Source: Escherichia phage mEp554. Taken from it: 53,846 nucleotides of DNA. Shown here one piece after another: positions 34,543 to 43,280 of this stretch. Under the pieces are notes generated by a model, which searched no databases, was not told where the DNA came from, and saw only the letters and a list, made by a program, of their open reading frames with translations. The first letter of the stretch is position 1. Each line of letters opens with the position of its first letter. The position numbers and the translations under genes were made by a program. The DNA lies in sequence record PP180005; one strand, written 5' to 3'.

Positions 34543-34929
34543 ATGGTCACTACAGAACAGGCGCGGGAATATCTTGAAAGCCAGGGTATTGACCTGCCAG
34601 ACGTTATCTTATCTTTGCTGGTGGAGCAGGCAAACAGCGTTAACGAATGCCTTGATGCCAACTATCCGGCCTCCACTGCAACATTGATTCAACTTTACCT
34701 GATTGGCCTGTTAGGACTCACCCAGGCTAATAAATACGTTTCCTCGCATACTGGTACGAACGGCGCAAGCCAGTCATATCGCTATGTTGATTTTAATAAA
34801 AAATGGAAGGCGGCCTATTCGTTGCTTTATTCCCTGGACAAACATCACTGTACAGCAGAACTAATTCCACCAGATCCAGAAAACACAGCACACGCCGGGT
34901 TATGGATAGGTAAAAGCGGGAGGATGTAA
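34543..34929 (+). CDS. Putative head-tail connector protein
   Basis: Position after capsid; start codon lies inside an ACAAAATGG motif. Confidence 0.45.
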   Translation: MVTTEQAREYLESQGIDLPDVILSLLVEQANSVNECLDANYPASTATLIQLYLIGLLGLTQANKYVSSHTGTNGASQSYRYVDFNKKWKAAYSLLYSLDKHHCTAELIPPDPENTAHAGLWIGKSGRM

Positions 34930-34931
34930 CA

Positions 34932-35117
34932 ATGTGGAATGACCTGACATTACCGGATCCGTTATTACCGAAACTGTTTACCCGTGTATGGGTGAAAACA
35001 GACACAGGGCGACAGGTGGCGGCCTACCTCAATGACGCTGGCGAATGGGTAATTCTCTGCCCGCGCGTGGCGAAAACCCATCCGAAAATTGTTAAATGGA
35101 GTTACGGCTATGAGTAA
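34932..35117 (+). CDS. Hypothetical small structural-module protein
   Basis: ORF in operon. Confidence 0.4.
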   Translation: MWNDLTLPDPLLPKLFTRVWVKTDTGRQVAAYLNDAGEWVILCPRVAKTHPKIVKWSYGYE

Positions 35118-35478
35118 GATTGCCAGATTCAGCTACAAGGCGTTAGCCACCATTTACCCCGTAACGCGTGACGACTGGACAAACTCCGACGTATACGGTA
35201 CGCCATACCTGGTAGATTGTGCATGGGAGCGTACTGACGGAACCGCAACAGACGCAAACGGGAATGAGGTTAGCAACACGATAACCGTATATACCGAACT
35301 GCTTTACAAGATGCAGCCAGTACAGCGCCCGGAAAAAGGATGGATGATTGCTACTGGCGACACCACTGCTATTGCTGACCCGCTGGCGGCTGGGGCCAAT
35401 TTTATAACCGGGATCGTTGAATGGGACATGAGTATGTTTAACGACACGCCGGATTATAAGATCGTCACAGGAGGTTAA
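35110..35478 (+). CDS. Putative head-tail adaptor
   Basis: Start at MSKIARFSY with GGAG SD; position. Confidence 0.45.
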   Translation: MSKIARFSYKALATIYPVTRDDWTNSDVYGTPYLVDCAWERTDGTATDANGNEVSNTITVYTELLYKMQPVQRPEKGWMIATGDTTAIADPLAAGANFITGIVEWDMSMFNDTPDYKIVTGG

Positions 35479-35480
35479 TT

Positions 35481-35954
35481 ATGCCACTGAAAGGCGTCAG
35501 ACGCGTCCGTATGAAAATGACGGAAGAAATCAGGAATATAGCAGACAAAAAGACTTATGAAGTGCTGTGGATTGTTGGAAACGTTGCGTCCGGCCTTGCA
35601 TCTGGAATGACGCCAGTTGATACGGGTTTTTTGATTAACAGCATGTACCAGACTGTCGAGAAAAACGGCAACGGCCTTTGCCTAAGGGTTGGATATACCG
35701 CCCGCTATGCTGAATGGGTGCATGACATGCCTGGGACATTAATGGGGCAGCCTCGCGAGCATTTTGGTAAAACCAACAACCTTTCTGATTTCGGCCCGAA
35801 ACAGGTAGTTGAGTTCGGCGGAGGTACTGGGAAAGGTTATTACTGGGATCCTAACGCTGAACCGGAATTTTTGCGCAAGGCGTTCGAGGAACCAGACAAT
35901 TTCAATGAAATCTGGAACACGATAAAACTTGGGTACTGGACGAAACAATCATGA
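35481..35954 (+). CDS. Putative neck / tail-completion protein (HK97 gp10-like, uncertain)
   Basis: Position and size only. Confidence 0.4.
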   Translation: MPLKGVRRVRMKMTEEIRNIADKKTYEVLWIVGNVASGLASGMTPVDTGFLINSMYQTVEKNGNGLCLRVGYTARYAEWVHDMPGTLMGQPREHFGKTNNLSDFGPKQVVEFGGGTGKGYYWDPNAEPEFLRKAFEEPDNFNEIWNTIKLGYWTKQS

Positions 35955-36337
35955 AACGCAGCGAAGTATATGACGAAATAAGGGATTGGATTAAGTCCCA
36001 CGGGTACGACGAAGGTTATATTTTGCAGGCCCGTTTCTGGAATGAGCGATCCAATTCTAATAAAGACAGATACATTGTCGTACAGCAAAACGGCGGCGCG
36101 GCGGGAGAAGAGGCAATAACCCGCGACTATTTCCGCATCCTGGTAATTTCAGCGCGTAATGACGCAAATATTAGTGAAGTGGAAGACCTCGCCGATGCAA
36201 TACGGCAAAGTATGATAACCGAATATAAAACTGATAAAATTACACACATGAAGCCAATTGGCGCTATTCCTGCAATGCAGACGAGAGAAGGGCGCTTTAT
36301 TTTCACCGTAGCTTTCCAAACCATCATATCTAGATAA
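35951..36337 (+). CDS. Putative tail terminator protein
   Basis: Position before major tail gene. Confidence 0.4.
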   Translation: MKRSEVYDEIRDWIKSHGYDEGYILQARFWNERSNSNKDRYIVVQQNGGAAGEEAITRDYFRILVISARNDANISEVEDLADAIRQSMITEYKTDKITHMKPIGAIPAMQTREGRFIFTVAFQTIISR

Positions 36338-36350
36338 GAGGTAACTAAAC

Positions 36351-36827
36351 ATGTCTCAGACTTGTGAAAAAGGTTCGTTCTTAGGCCGTGACGTTGCCGT
36401 ATTTTACGCTATCGCCTGCCCTAATGCGAAACCTAATGATGAAGCCTATAAAGCGTTAGGCATGATGCGTGGCAAATCTCTTTCCGTAGAATGGGAAACC
36501 GCAGACGCCACCGCTGATAAATCAGCAGACTACACCAAAGAATCATTGGTGACTTACAAATCTGTTGCATTCTCCGGCGACGGCGTATCCCGCACCGAAG
36601 AGATCCACAACCAGAAAGCACTTAAACGCCACGTTATTAACCCTGGCGAAACAACTGGTGCGCAGCCTTACGTTTGGTTGAAACTCGTTTCCCCGCTTGA
36701 TGTAACAGAGGGTCCGTTCCTTTGCACTTCCTTTAAGGAAGAAGATCCGCACGACGATGTGTCCACCTGGTCAATTGAGTGCGAAAGCGCTGGCAAGGTC
36801 ACAGTAGGTGACGTTCCGTCATTGTAA
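36351..36827 (+). CDS. Major tail tube protein (putative)
   Basis: 158 aa; position upstream of chaperone and tape measure; followed by terminator. Confidence 0.55.
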   Translation: MSQTCEKGSFLGRDVAVFYAIACPNAKPNDEAYKALGMMRGKSLSVEWETADATADKSADYTKESLVTYKSVAFSGDGVSRTEEIHNQKALKRHVINPGETTGAQPYVWLKLVSPLDVTEGPFLCTSFKEEDPHDDVSTWSIECESAGKVTVGDVPSL

Positions 36828-36844
36828 CAGTAAATATTGACATC

Positions 36845-36869
36845 GGGGCCGCTTGGCCCCTTTATTTTT
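36845..36869 (+). terminator. Rho-independent terminator after major tail gene
   Basis: GGGGCC-GCTT-GGCCCC hairpin plus TTTATTTTT. Confidence 0.65.
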
Positions 36870-36881
36870 AAGGTGACAACT

Positions 36882-37562
36882 ATGATTCACGTTCGAACAG
36901 GACAGTTTGCGGTTGTGGTTGATGGCAGACGTTACGAATTTAATCCCTGCTTTGCTGCAATGGCTAAGATCGGCAGTGACAGGGAACTGGTCGAATATTT
37001 CGCAACGGTTCACGGCGGCAGATACCCACGACGTTTGCCAATGGATACAGACCTCCGCAATCGCATTCTGGCGCGTTGTTATGGTGGACTGGTGCAAACG
37101 TCCATCCACATATTGAAATGTTGCTCAGAATGCGAAATAGGCCAGTTATTGGGCGAATGTAGCTTTACTCCTTCGGGTAAGTTGAGACTGAAACCTGGAT
37201 TGATGCCCACCAGCGACGTTATCACACTTGCGCAGCACTGCATGTTTCACGGTTTAATTGGTGACGGTCCAGAAGAAGACACGGGCGAAAACCAGGATGG
37301 CGAGTACAAGCCCACATTCGACATCCTTGAGTATGTTTATTCTGCCGTTGCTCACCTGGGATTGTCTGAGTCTGAAGCGTGGGGCATGACAATGACCGGA
37401 TACAGGGCCGCAGTACGCGCTAAAACGCCGCCAGACGAAAGAAACGAGAAACGTAAGCCAAACGTTCAGATAAATAAACGTGATTATGATGAGCAAATGG
37501 AGGCCGCTAAGAGGGTGCTGGAATTGATGAAAAAACGCGAGCAAGAAAAAGCCCGGAATTAA
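36882..37562 (+). CDS. Tail assembly chaperone (G/GT-like)
   Basis: Position between major tail and tape measure; start at MIHVRTGQ; no obvious slippery site seen. Confidence 0.5.
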   Translation: MIHVRTGQFAVVVDGRRYEFNPCFAAMAKIGSDRELVEYFATVHGGRYPRRLPMDTDLRNRILARCYGGLVQTSIHILKCCSECEIGQLLGECSFTPSGKLRLKPGLMPTSDVITLAQHCMFHGLIGDGPEEDTGENQDGEYKPTFDILEYVYSAVAHLGLSESEAWGMTMTGYRAAVRAKTPPDERNEKRKPNVQINKRDYDEQMEAAKRVLELMKKREQEKARN

Positions 37563-37578
37563 CCGGGCCTTTATCTTT
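37551..37578. terminator. Bidirectional rho-independent terminator
   Basis: GCCCGG-AATTAA-CCGGGC hairpin flanked by A5 upstream and CTTTATCTTT downstream; ends both the chaperone gene (+) and the convergent minus-strand moron. Confidence 0.65.
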
Positions 37579-37891
37579 ACTTGTATGCTGCGAATCGGCA
37601 TCTTGCTTCATCCAGGTCATGAACATCGTACACGTTATCGTAAATGTAAGTTGCTACCTGTGCTTTCTGTACGTCAGTTGCGTTCGGGAACTCCATGCTT
37701 ACGAAAGTCACTGCATCAACGTAGTGTTTGAACATCTTTTTGTTAACGCACAGTGCGTAAATCAATACGGCAGGCCAGCAAATCAGCGCGCCAAAGAATG
37801 CCATGAGCATATTCAGATGTTTTTTCTGAGCTACAACCATAGTTGCGACGAATCCGATGAAGCAAATTACCAGTTCCATGATGCACCCCAT
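37577..37891 (-). CDS. Membrane protein (two TM segments), opposite-strand moron
   Basis: MELVICFIGFVATMVVAQ...LMAFFGALICWPAVLIYALCV then soluble C-terminal domain. Confidence 0.55.
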   Translation of the reverse strand: MGCIMELVICFIGFVATMVVAQKKHLNMLMAFFGALICWPAVLIYALCVNKKMFKHYVDAVTFVSMEFPNATDVQKAQVATYIYDNVYDVHDLDEARCRFAAYK

Positions 37892-37998
37892 TAATTACGT
37901 TTATCTTCGGTTGTCATTGCCAGCACTAGCACAGCCATCACATTAAATGCTAACCATGCTGTAATATATACATCTATAACCGTTTTGATTGTGTCCAT
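37891..37998 (-). CDS. Single-helix hydrophobic mini-protein (35 aa), moron
   Basis: MDTIKTVIDVYITAWLAFNVMAVLVLAMTTEDKRN; stop overlaps next start. Confidence 0.4.
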   Translation of the reverse strand: MDTIKTVIDVYITAWLAFNVMAVLVLAMTTEDKRN

Positions 37999-38011
37999 TT
38001 ACCCGCCACGC

Positions 38012-38098
38012 TTATTTCTTGTTTTTAAGTGCTTTCAACATTTTTTCGATGAAATCGGCATAACGCTCATGCTCGTTTGGTCGGTAGTAGTTTTTCAT
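38012..38098 (-). CDS. Small basic protein (28 aa), first gene of minus-strand moron
   Basis: MKNYYRPNEHERYADFIEKMLKALKNKK; GAGGA SD. Confidence 0.3.
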   Translation of the reverse strand: MKNYYRPNEHERYADFIEKMLKALKNKK

Positions 38099-38176
38099 TT
38101 TCTTATCCTCTTTTGCTTCCTCCGGTTAATCCGGCCTTCTAAATCCCTTTACTCTATCCCTTTCCTTTAGCCTCTT

Positions 38177-38218
38177 TATACAAAATGTATTCGTTGAAGT
38201 GAAGCCATTTTGTATAAA
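38177..38218. promoter_or_regulatory. Divergent promoter pair built on back-to-back TATACAAAATG motifs
   Basis: Plus: TCGTTG-N16-TATAAA (38191-38218); minus: TTCACT-N17-TATAAA; each -10 lies inside the partner motif. Confidence 0.4.
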
Positions 38219-38255
38219 ATAGAGATCAGGATCACACTTTTTACGAGGTTAAATC

Positions 38256-40604
38256 ATGGCTACCAGTTTAGGTACAATTTATTACGAAGTTGATGCAAAA
38301 ACTGGTCAACTTCTAGTCGCTCAGAGACAGGCGGACCAGGCTTTTGACAGTATCGAGCGTGGCGCAAAACGCGCTGACCGCCAGGTGAACACGCTTAAGA
38401 CTTCAATCAAAGCACTATCCAGGGTCATTCATCTGTTACTTGCTGCGGAGGCTGTGCGCCAGTTTATTGACATGGCGGAGCAAGCAAAAATGCTTCGCGT
38501 AAAAATCAAATTGCTTACAGGTGAAGCGGAGGCAACGGAACGCGTTTTCAACAGACTGAAAGAAATATCAAAAGAAACAGGGCAAAGCCTCAAGGATACT
38601 GGCGACCTGTGGCAAGGGCTTGCTATATCGCTAAAAAACACATCCGCTACTGAAGGCCAGGTCCTCAACCTGGTTAGCACGCTGCAAAAACTCGGCAACC
38701 TGGGCGGCGTGTCTGCGGAACAACTATCAAACTCCATGCGCCAGTTCCGCCAGGCTATTGATGCTGGCGTGTTGCAGGCTGAAGAATTTAACTCAATCCG
38801 TGACAACACCCCAACAATCATACAGGAAATGGCACGCCAAATGGGGTTGTCTATGGGGCAGTTCCGCGCTGAAATGCTGGACGGCAAGATCACGGCTGAA
38901 AGGATGCTCAACGCGATCCAGGCCGCCACGCAGGAAACGAACGAGAAGTTCGCACAGTTGCCGCGCACATCCGGCATGGCCTTCAACGAGCTTAAAGTTG
39001 AGGTTATGGGACTTGTCGAACAGCTAGACGATCTTTTCGGCATATCAGATGGCGTTGTGTCGGCAATAGACTTAATCACTGGTGGCGTTGAGGGATTAGG
39101 TAAAGGCGCAAAATTCGCCGCAACATGTTTCAATACACTAAAAACGGCTGGCAGCGAATTTATCGACATGTTTGATGATGTTGCTGTTAAGGCTGGCGAG
39201 GTGGCGGAAGAGATTATCAGGATGGTAACGCCAATCAAGGCGCTAATGGATGGCTACAAATGGATGAAGGAAATCATTGACAAGCGCAAGGAAGAGCTAA
39301 ATAGCAACAACGAGAAGAAATTTGGCCCTACAGTTGGTAAGGTCATGACGTTTGCAAACGACATTAAAAACGCAACTGCCGCCTATGATGAGTTCATGGA
39401 GAAACAGGGTGAGGCTGACGATGGTAAGATCACGGGATTCGATCAGCCAGTTGGTAAACCGAAAAAAGGTAAAAAGGGCAAAAAAGACAAGAAATCTGAA
39501 GCTGATCGGCTTGGTGATGAAGGTATAAAAGTCTCTGACCAGTACAACAAAGACGCCGCCGCTATGCGTAAAGCACTGGAGAACGGCAAGGCCATTGACG
39601 CCGCATTTGCCCAGGGAAAAATAACCCTCCTTGAGTACAAGGCCGCGCAGAAAGGTATAGGCAAGGAACTGAAGGACGAATTGGCGCAAATCCCTGTTGA
39701 TGAGCTACGCGACAAATGGGACCACATAGTTAGCCCAATGGACCAGCTTAAGGGCGAAATTGACCCAATCAAACAGGCGCAAAATGAATGGGCCGTAAGA
39801 AAGCAAATGCTATTGGACCTGGGCGCTACAGAGGCGCAACAGAGACAGGCGCAATTGGAATACGAACAACAGATCCGGGATCTGAAGTGGGAGCAATGGC
39901 AGGCGCAAAGCGAAACAAACGGACTGATCGGCGCTTGCGTCAGCGGCCTGAAAGGTGGCATGGGCAATGCCCTTACAGGACTGTTAAACGGTACTCAATC
40001 ATTAAGCGAGGTTTTTGCCAACCTGGGAAGTAGCATACTTAACACCGTTGGCAACAAACTATCAGAAATTGCCGCTAACTGGATAGCAGATCAGTTAATG
40101 ATGGAAACACAAAGCAAGGCCACGCAAGCAAGTACCACGGCAGGCGCGGTAGCGGCACAAGGCCAGATTGCAGCGGCGGCGGCCCCGGCAGCGGCGGCTA
40201 CGGCTGCGTCAACTGGTGGTAGCTGGGCGGCGGCTGGTGCTGCGGCGCTTTCTGCGATCATGTCGCTGGCAACGTCAATCTTTGGTGGCGGGCGTTATAA
40301 TGGTGGTTCTGTTAATGGTGGTAGCCTGTATCGAGTAGGGGAACACGGAATACCTGAGCTATTCCAGACGAGCAACGGGCGTCAGTATATGATTCCTGGC
40401 GAAAATGGTAGGGTAATTCCTGGCCGCGATCTCTTCAATGGTGGCGGCATCAATATGCCTGTGCAAATCACAGTTCAGACCACAAACGGATTTAGCGACG
40501 AAGATAGCCGCAGACTTGAGCAGACGATGGAGCGCGTAGCAATGAAAATGATGGCAAGGGAATCGCAACGACCGGGAGGAATGTTGCAACCGCGCCGCAA
40601 ATAA
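38256..40604 (+). CDS. Tail tape measure protein
   Basis: 782 aa, alpha-helical, Ala/Gly-rich C-terminal segment; position. Confidence 0.85.
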   Translation: MATSLGTIYYEVDAKTGQLLVAQRQADQAFDSIERGAKRADRQVNTLKTSIKALSRVIHLLLAAEAVRQFIDMAEQAKMLRVKIKLLTGEAEATERVFNRLKEISKETGQSLKDTGDLWQGLAISLKNTSATEGQVLNLVSTLQKLGNLGGVSAEQLSNSMRQFRQAIDAGVLQAEEFNSIRDNTPTIIQEMARQMGLSMGQFRAEMLDGKITAERMLNAIQAATQETNEKFAQLPRTSGMAFNELKVEVMGLVEQLDDLFGISDGVVSAIDLITGGVEGLGKGAKFAATCFNTLKTAGSEFIDMFDDVAVKAGEVAEEIIRMVTPIKALMDGYKWMKEIIDKRKEELNSNNEKKFGPTVGKVMTFANDIKNATAAYDEFMEKQGEADDGKITGFDQPVGKPKKGKKGKKDKKSEADRLGDEGIKVSDQYNKDAAAMRKALENGKAIDAAFAQGKITLLEYKAAQKGIGKELKDELAQIPVDELRDKWDHIVSPMDQLKGEIDPIKQAQNEWAVRKQMLLDLGATEAQQRQAQLEYEQQIRDLKWEQWQAQSETNGLIGACVSGLKGGMGNALTGLLNGTQSLSEVFANLGSSILNTVGNKLSEIAANWIADQLMMETQSKATQASTTAGAVAAQGQIAAAAAPAAAATAASTGGSWAAAGAAALSAIMSLATSIFGGGRYNGGSVNGGSLYRVGEHGIPELFQTSNGRQYMIPGENGRVIPGRDLFNGGGINMPVQITVQTTNGFSDEDSRRLEQTMERVAMKMMARESQRPGGMLQPRRK

Positions 40605-40610
40605 ACAAAA

Positions 40611-40638
40611 CCCCGGTACAATGCCGGGGTTATCTTTT
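40611..40638 (+). terminator. Rho-independent terminator after tape measure gene
   Basis: CCCCGG-TACAATG-CCGGGG hairpin plus TTATCTTTT. Confidence 0.6.
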
Positions 40639-40913
40639 AGTTATTCTCAAATCTTGTATATCCTCTCTCAATTTTCCCTCCGTGTACACTTCTGGCAAAT
40701 ACCGCGTCAGTATACCTGAAAAATGGACATGTATATGTATCCCCTTTGCTATCCATATATTTTAGCACCCATGCCATACGTTTTACATTGCTTTTATTTG
40801 CCGGGTTTTTCATTTTATTTTCCTCCGCAAATCACAACCTGCCGTTTCTTGCTATGTAGCTGCGAGCAAACATCACCTGCCAGATGTTCCAGATCTCCCG
40901 CCACGTAAATTCA

Positions 40914-41063
40914 TCATCTTCCATATCTCACACCATCGCGCTTGTATGGTTCGCCATCAGCAAACGGGATTAACTCATCGTTTGCCACCATTCGATTGAA
41001 CCAGTCTTTCAGAGCAACCAGGGAGAACCGGATCCCGTAACTGTGCAATTCGCGCCACCTCAT
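40914..41063 (-). CDS. Hypothetical small protein (49 aa), third gene of minus-strand cassette
   Basis: ATGA overlap with upstream stop. Confidence 0.3.
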   Translation of the reverse strand: MRWRELHSYGIRFSLVALKDWFNRMVANDELIPFADGEPYKRDGVRYGR

Positions 41064-41314
41064 TTATGTGCCCCTTTCACTCCACAATGTCGGTTGTATT
41101 CAAGGTGGTCAATAATTAGCCAAACCTTCAAATCTTCACTGAACAGCCGCCAATCAGGGTTTATGTCCATCTTGTAACCGTAACCATCGCGTAACTTTTT
41201 GGGGTAAACCTCTTTTTTAAGAAAAGCATCAAGTAATTGTTTTCCTTTCTTGATGATCCGTTCTTGGGCGTTTTTCTGTGCTTTCAGGTTTTTGCCAATC
41301 ATTACCAATTTCAT
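41060..41314 (-). CDS. RelE/HigB-superfamily toxin-like protein (tentative)
   Basis: GYGYKMDINPDWRLFSEDLKVWLIIDH resembles the conserved core of RelE/ParE/HigB-fold toxins; lysine-rich N-terminus. Confidence 0.4.
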   Translation of the reverse strand: MKLVMIGKNLKAQKNAQERIIKKGKQLLDAFLKKEVYPKKLRDGYGYKMDINPDWRLFSEDLKVWLIIDHLEYNRHCGVKGAHK

Positions 41315-41334
41315 AACTCACCCCACGCAATCAA

Positions 41335-41490
41335 TCAGTTGACCACTTTCAGGAAGAAATCACGGTATTCATCTTCTTTTGCATTCATCATGAATTGACC
41401 GTATTTGAACGCATCATCAAAACCCTTCACAATCGCAACTTCCACCTGTTCGAATGCTTTGTTTAGCATTACCACTACATAGCGTTCCAT
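41335..41490 (-). CDS. Hypothetical small protein (51 aa), first gene of cassette (antitoxin candidate)
   Basis: AAGGGGG SD before MERYVVVML. Confidence 0.35.
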   Translation of the reverse strand: MERYVVVMLNKAFEQVEVAIVKGFDDAFKYGQFMMNAKEDEYRDFFLKVVN

Positions 41491-41659
41491 ATTGGCCCCC
41501 TTTGTTGGTACTGCTTTCTCTTCTTGCTTTCTGTATACATCTTGTTGCGTCCTGTGTGAAGCCATTTCGTAAACTGGGTATAATTCTTGTGACGAAGTTC
41601 TCATTTTTCGCGTAGAAGCGCGTAAAGATGTATGCAATATGTAACTTATAGGGGGAATC

Positions 41660-42013
41660 ATGCCGGAAGTTTTCAGATGGACGCCGCAAAGAAGCTACAG
41701 CGTGACCAGGGAACCAAATGTGTCGGTCGTTAAACTTGGTGATGGTTATGAACAGCGCCAGGCGAAAGGGATTAACACGTTGCTTGATAGCTACACCCTG
41801 GTTTTTAAAGGCAGTAGCGCAGGATGCGGTGATAGTGGGAACGTGGCGATCCAGGCAGAAGCATTCTTGAGGGCGCGCGGCGCTGTCGAGGCTTTTTACT
41901 GGTCGCCGTCTATGGATGGTGTGCAAAGGCTTTTTGTTTGCCGTAGCTGGAGTATGACAAAGGACGGGCCTGTATACACGCTAAACGCAACATTTGAGCA
42001 AGTTGTTGGCTAG
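41660..42013 (+). CDS. Minor tail protein M
   Basis: 117 aa; lambda gpM-like size, position and recalled sequence character. Confidence 0.7.
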   Translation: MPEVFRWTPQRSYSVTREPNVSVVKLGDGYEQRQAKGINTLLDSYTLVFKGSSAGCGDSGNVAIQAEAFLRARGAVEAFYWSPSMDGVQRLFVCRSWSMTKDGPVYTLNATFEQVVG

Positions 42014-42024
42014 TGGGGGTTAAT

Positions 42025-42210
42025 ATGTACGGGACTTGTGTAGTTGACAAAACTGACGCATTTACATTATTTGACGACTATGAGATCAACGACCTTACTG
42101 TAAAGGCTGACAATGGCGATACATGGTATCTTCATGATGTTGGTGACGGGTATGTGGGATGCAGATCCAGGGAAGGCAAGGAGGTTTTATTTTTGGTTGA
42201 TGGCGTGTAA
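42025..42210 (+). CDS. Hypothetical small protein
   Basis: GGGGG SD; inserted between M and L. Confidence 0.4.
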   Translation: MYGTCVVDKTDAFTLFDDYEINDLTVKADNGDTWYLHDVGDGYVGCRSREGKEVLFLVDGV

Positions 42211-42216
42211 TAACAA

Positions 42217-42240
42217 CCCCGCTTCGTGCGGGGTTTTCTT
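42217..42240. terminator. Bidirectional rho-independent terminator, copy 1 of duplicated module
   Basis: CCCCGC-TTCGT-GCGGGG hairpin with T-run; 37/38 nt shared with 50715-50751. Confidence 0.65.
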
Positions 42241-42241
42241 G

Positions 42242-42379
42242 TTAGTAGTGAATATACAGCAAACTCATTGGGTGAGCGTGCGCCATATTATTGGCTATCG
42301 CCGCCCAGTCCCAATCTGCAGCATGAGCGCCAAATACTATCAGTCCCATTATTATTAGCGCCAAAACTTCTATTTTCAT
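42242..42379 (-). CDS. Small secreted protein with signal peptide (45 aa)
   Basis: MKIEVLALIIMGLIVFGAHA then ADWDWAAIANNMAHAHPMSLLYIHY. Confidence 0.4.
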   Translation of the reverse strand: MKIEVLALIIMGLIVFGAHAADWDWAAIANNMAHAHPMSLLYIHY

Positions 42380-42389
42380 AATCTGTCAC

Positions 42390-42638
42390 CTATAAGTTAT
42401 CACGCAGATAATTAACGCCCTTATCAGTGACGAATGAATGATTAACCTGGTTTTCATCCGTCATAATGATGAATAACTTTTCTTGTAGGTACTTAGCTTT
42501 CGGGTACAACGTTAAACAAACCTGATACAAAATCCCGCGCTCAATCAGCAAATCAATAAATTCGTGTTCATGATAACCGATGATGCGGGCGGCCTGTTTC
42601 AACGTGTACACATAATCACCGTGATTGCGCCGCCCCAT
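42390..42638 (-). CDS. Small DNA-binding-like protein (KilA-C-like HTH, tentative)
   Basis: YTLKQAARIIGYHEHEFIDLLIERGIL resembles KilA-C segment of the antirepressor at 6482-7225. Confidence 0.45.
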   Translation of the reverse strand: MGRRNHGDYVYTLKQAARIIGYHEHEFIDLLIERGILYQVCLTLYPKAKYLQEKLFIIMTDENQVNHSFVTDKGVNYLRDNL

Positions 42639-42647
42639 GCTGCCGCC

Positions 42648-42998
42648 TTATTTATCGAATGCGCTCAGGTTATCGATGCAGAAGTCTTTCGCAGCTTTTT
42701 CGTATTCGCGTTTTGCTTGCGGATTGTCTGCCGGGAAACCTTTTGCGTGTATTTCACCAGGGCAAGCCTGATCCATAGAATCTGCAAAGTTAACATTGGC
42801 GTTGAAGTTAATATCTTTCGGGTTCATCTCTTCCACCTTATCCGGCACTTGTACAGGAATAACATAATAATCACGAGCATTAGACCAACAGCGGAGCAAT
42901 TCGCAACCTTCATTGCGCGCTGATTCGAATGTGTCAAATAGTCCCATGCTTTCCCATTCACATTTATCAGTCCACACGTCTAATCTGTATTTTTTCAT
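42648..42998 (-). CDS. Hypothetical protein
   Basis: ORF in minus-strand moron operon; start uncertain. Confidence 0.45.
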   Translation of the reverse strand: MKKYRLDVWTDKCEWESMGLFDTFESARNEGCELLRCWSNARDYYVIPVQVPDKVEEMNPKDINFNANVNFADSMDQACPGEIHAKGFPADNPQAKREYEKAAKDFCIDNLSAFDK

Positions 42999-43170
42999 TT
43001 TTTGCTACAACCTCCCATTTGACAGGTTCGATCCTGTACCCCAAAACGCGTTCGTCTTCAGCGAGTAAGAGCGCGTCGGTAAGTGCCTCGCCTTCATCTT
43101 TATACAGGGCCACAGTCATTTTCCTGCCATCCGCAAGGAACACCGTCAACCTCCACACCTTATCATCCAT
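42967..43170 (-). CDS. Hypothetical protein, first gene of moron operon
   Basis: GGAGGTG SD before MDDKVWRL. Confidence 0.45.
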   Translation of the reverse strand: MDDKVWRLTVFLADGRKMTVALYKDEGEALTDALLLAEDERVLGYRIEPVKWEVVAKNEKIQIRRVD

Positions 43171-43216
43171 TTCACACCTCCGCGCCATTTTGTTAATCAT
43201 GCTTCCTTTTGAGTAC

Positions 43217-43245
43217 AATATACATACTGTAAAAAACGCGATCAA
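43217..43245 (-). promoter_or_regulatory. Sigma70-like promoter for minus-strand moron operon
   Basis: Minus strand TTGATC-N17-TATATT. Confidence 0.4.
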
Positions 43246-43264
43246 CCGTTTTGGTATGATTTAG

Positions 43265-43280
43265 CGTGATGGCGATCACA
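43265..43280. promoter_or_regulatory. CRP-like palindrome CGTGATGGCGATCACA
   Basis: GTGA-N6-TCACA centred about 62 bp upstream of predicted minus-strand TSS; 19 nt upstream of L start. Confidence 0.35.

Noticed and set aside
36882-37562. Programmed -1 frameshift in the tail assembly chaperone (G/GT-like)
   Set aside because: No obvious slippery heptamer and no overlapping downstream ORF in the -1 frame before the tape measure gene; a single 226-aa ORF is retained, with low confidence.
38429-39238. 269-aa minus-strand ORF inside the tape measure gene
   Set aside because: Antisense to a long, well-supported structural gene; Ser/Ala/Cys-rich low-complexity translation typical of antisense reading of biased coding sequence.
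41417-41926. 169-aa minus-strand ORF overlapping the start of tail gene M
   Set aside because: Overlaps both M (antisense) and the small minus-strand ORF in another frame; no SD; likely spurious.
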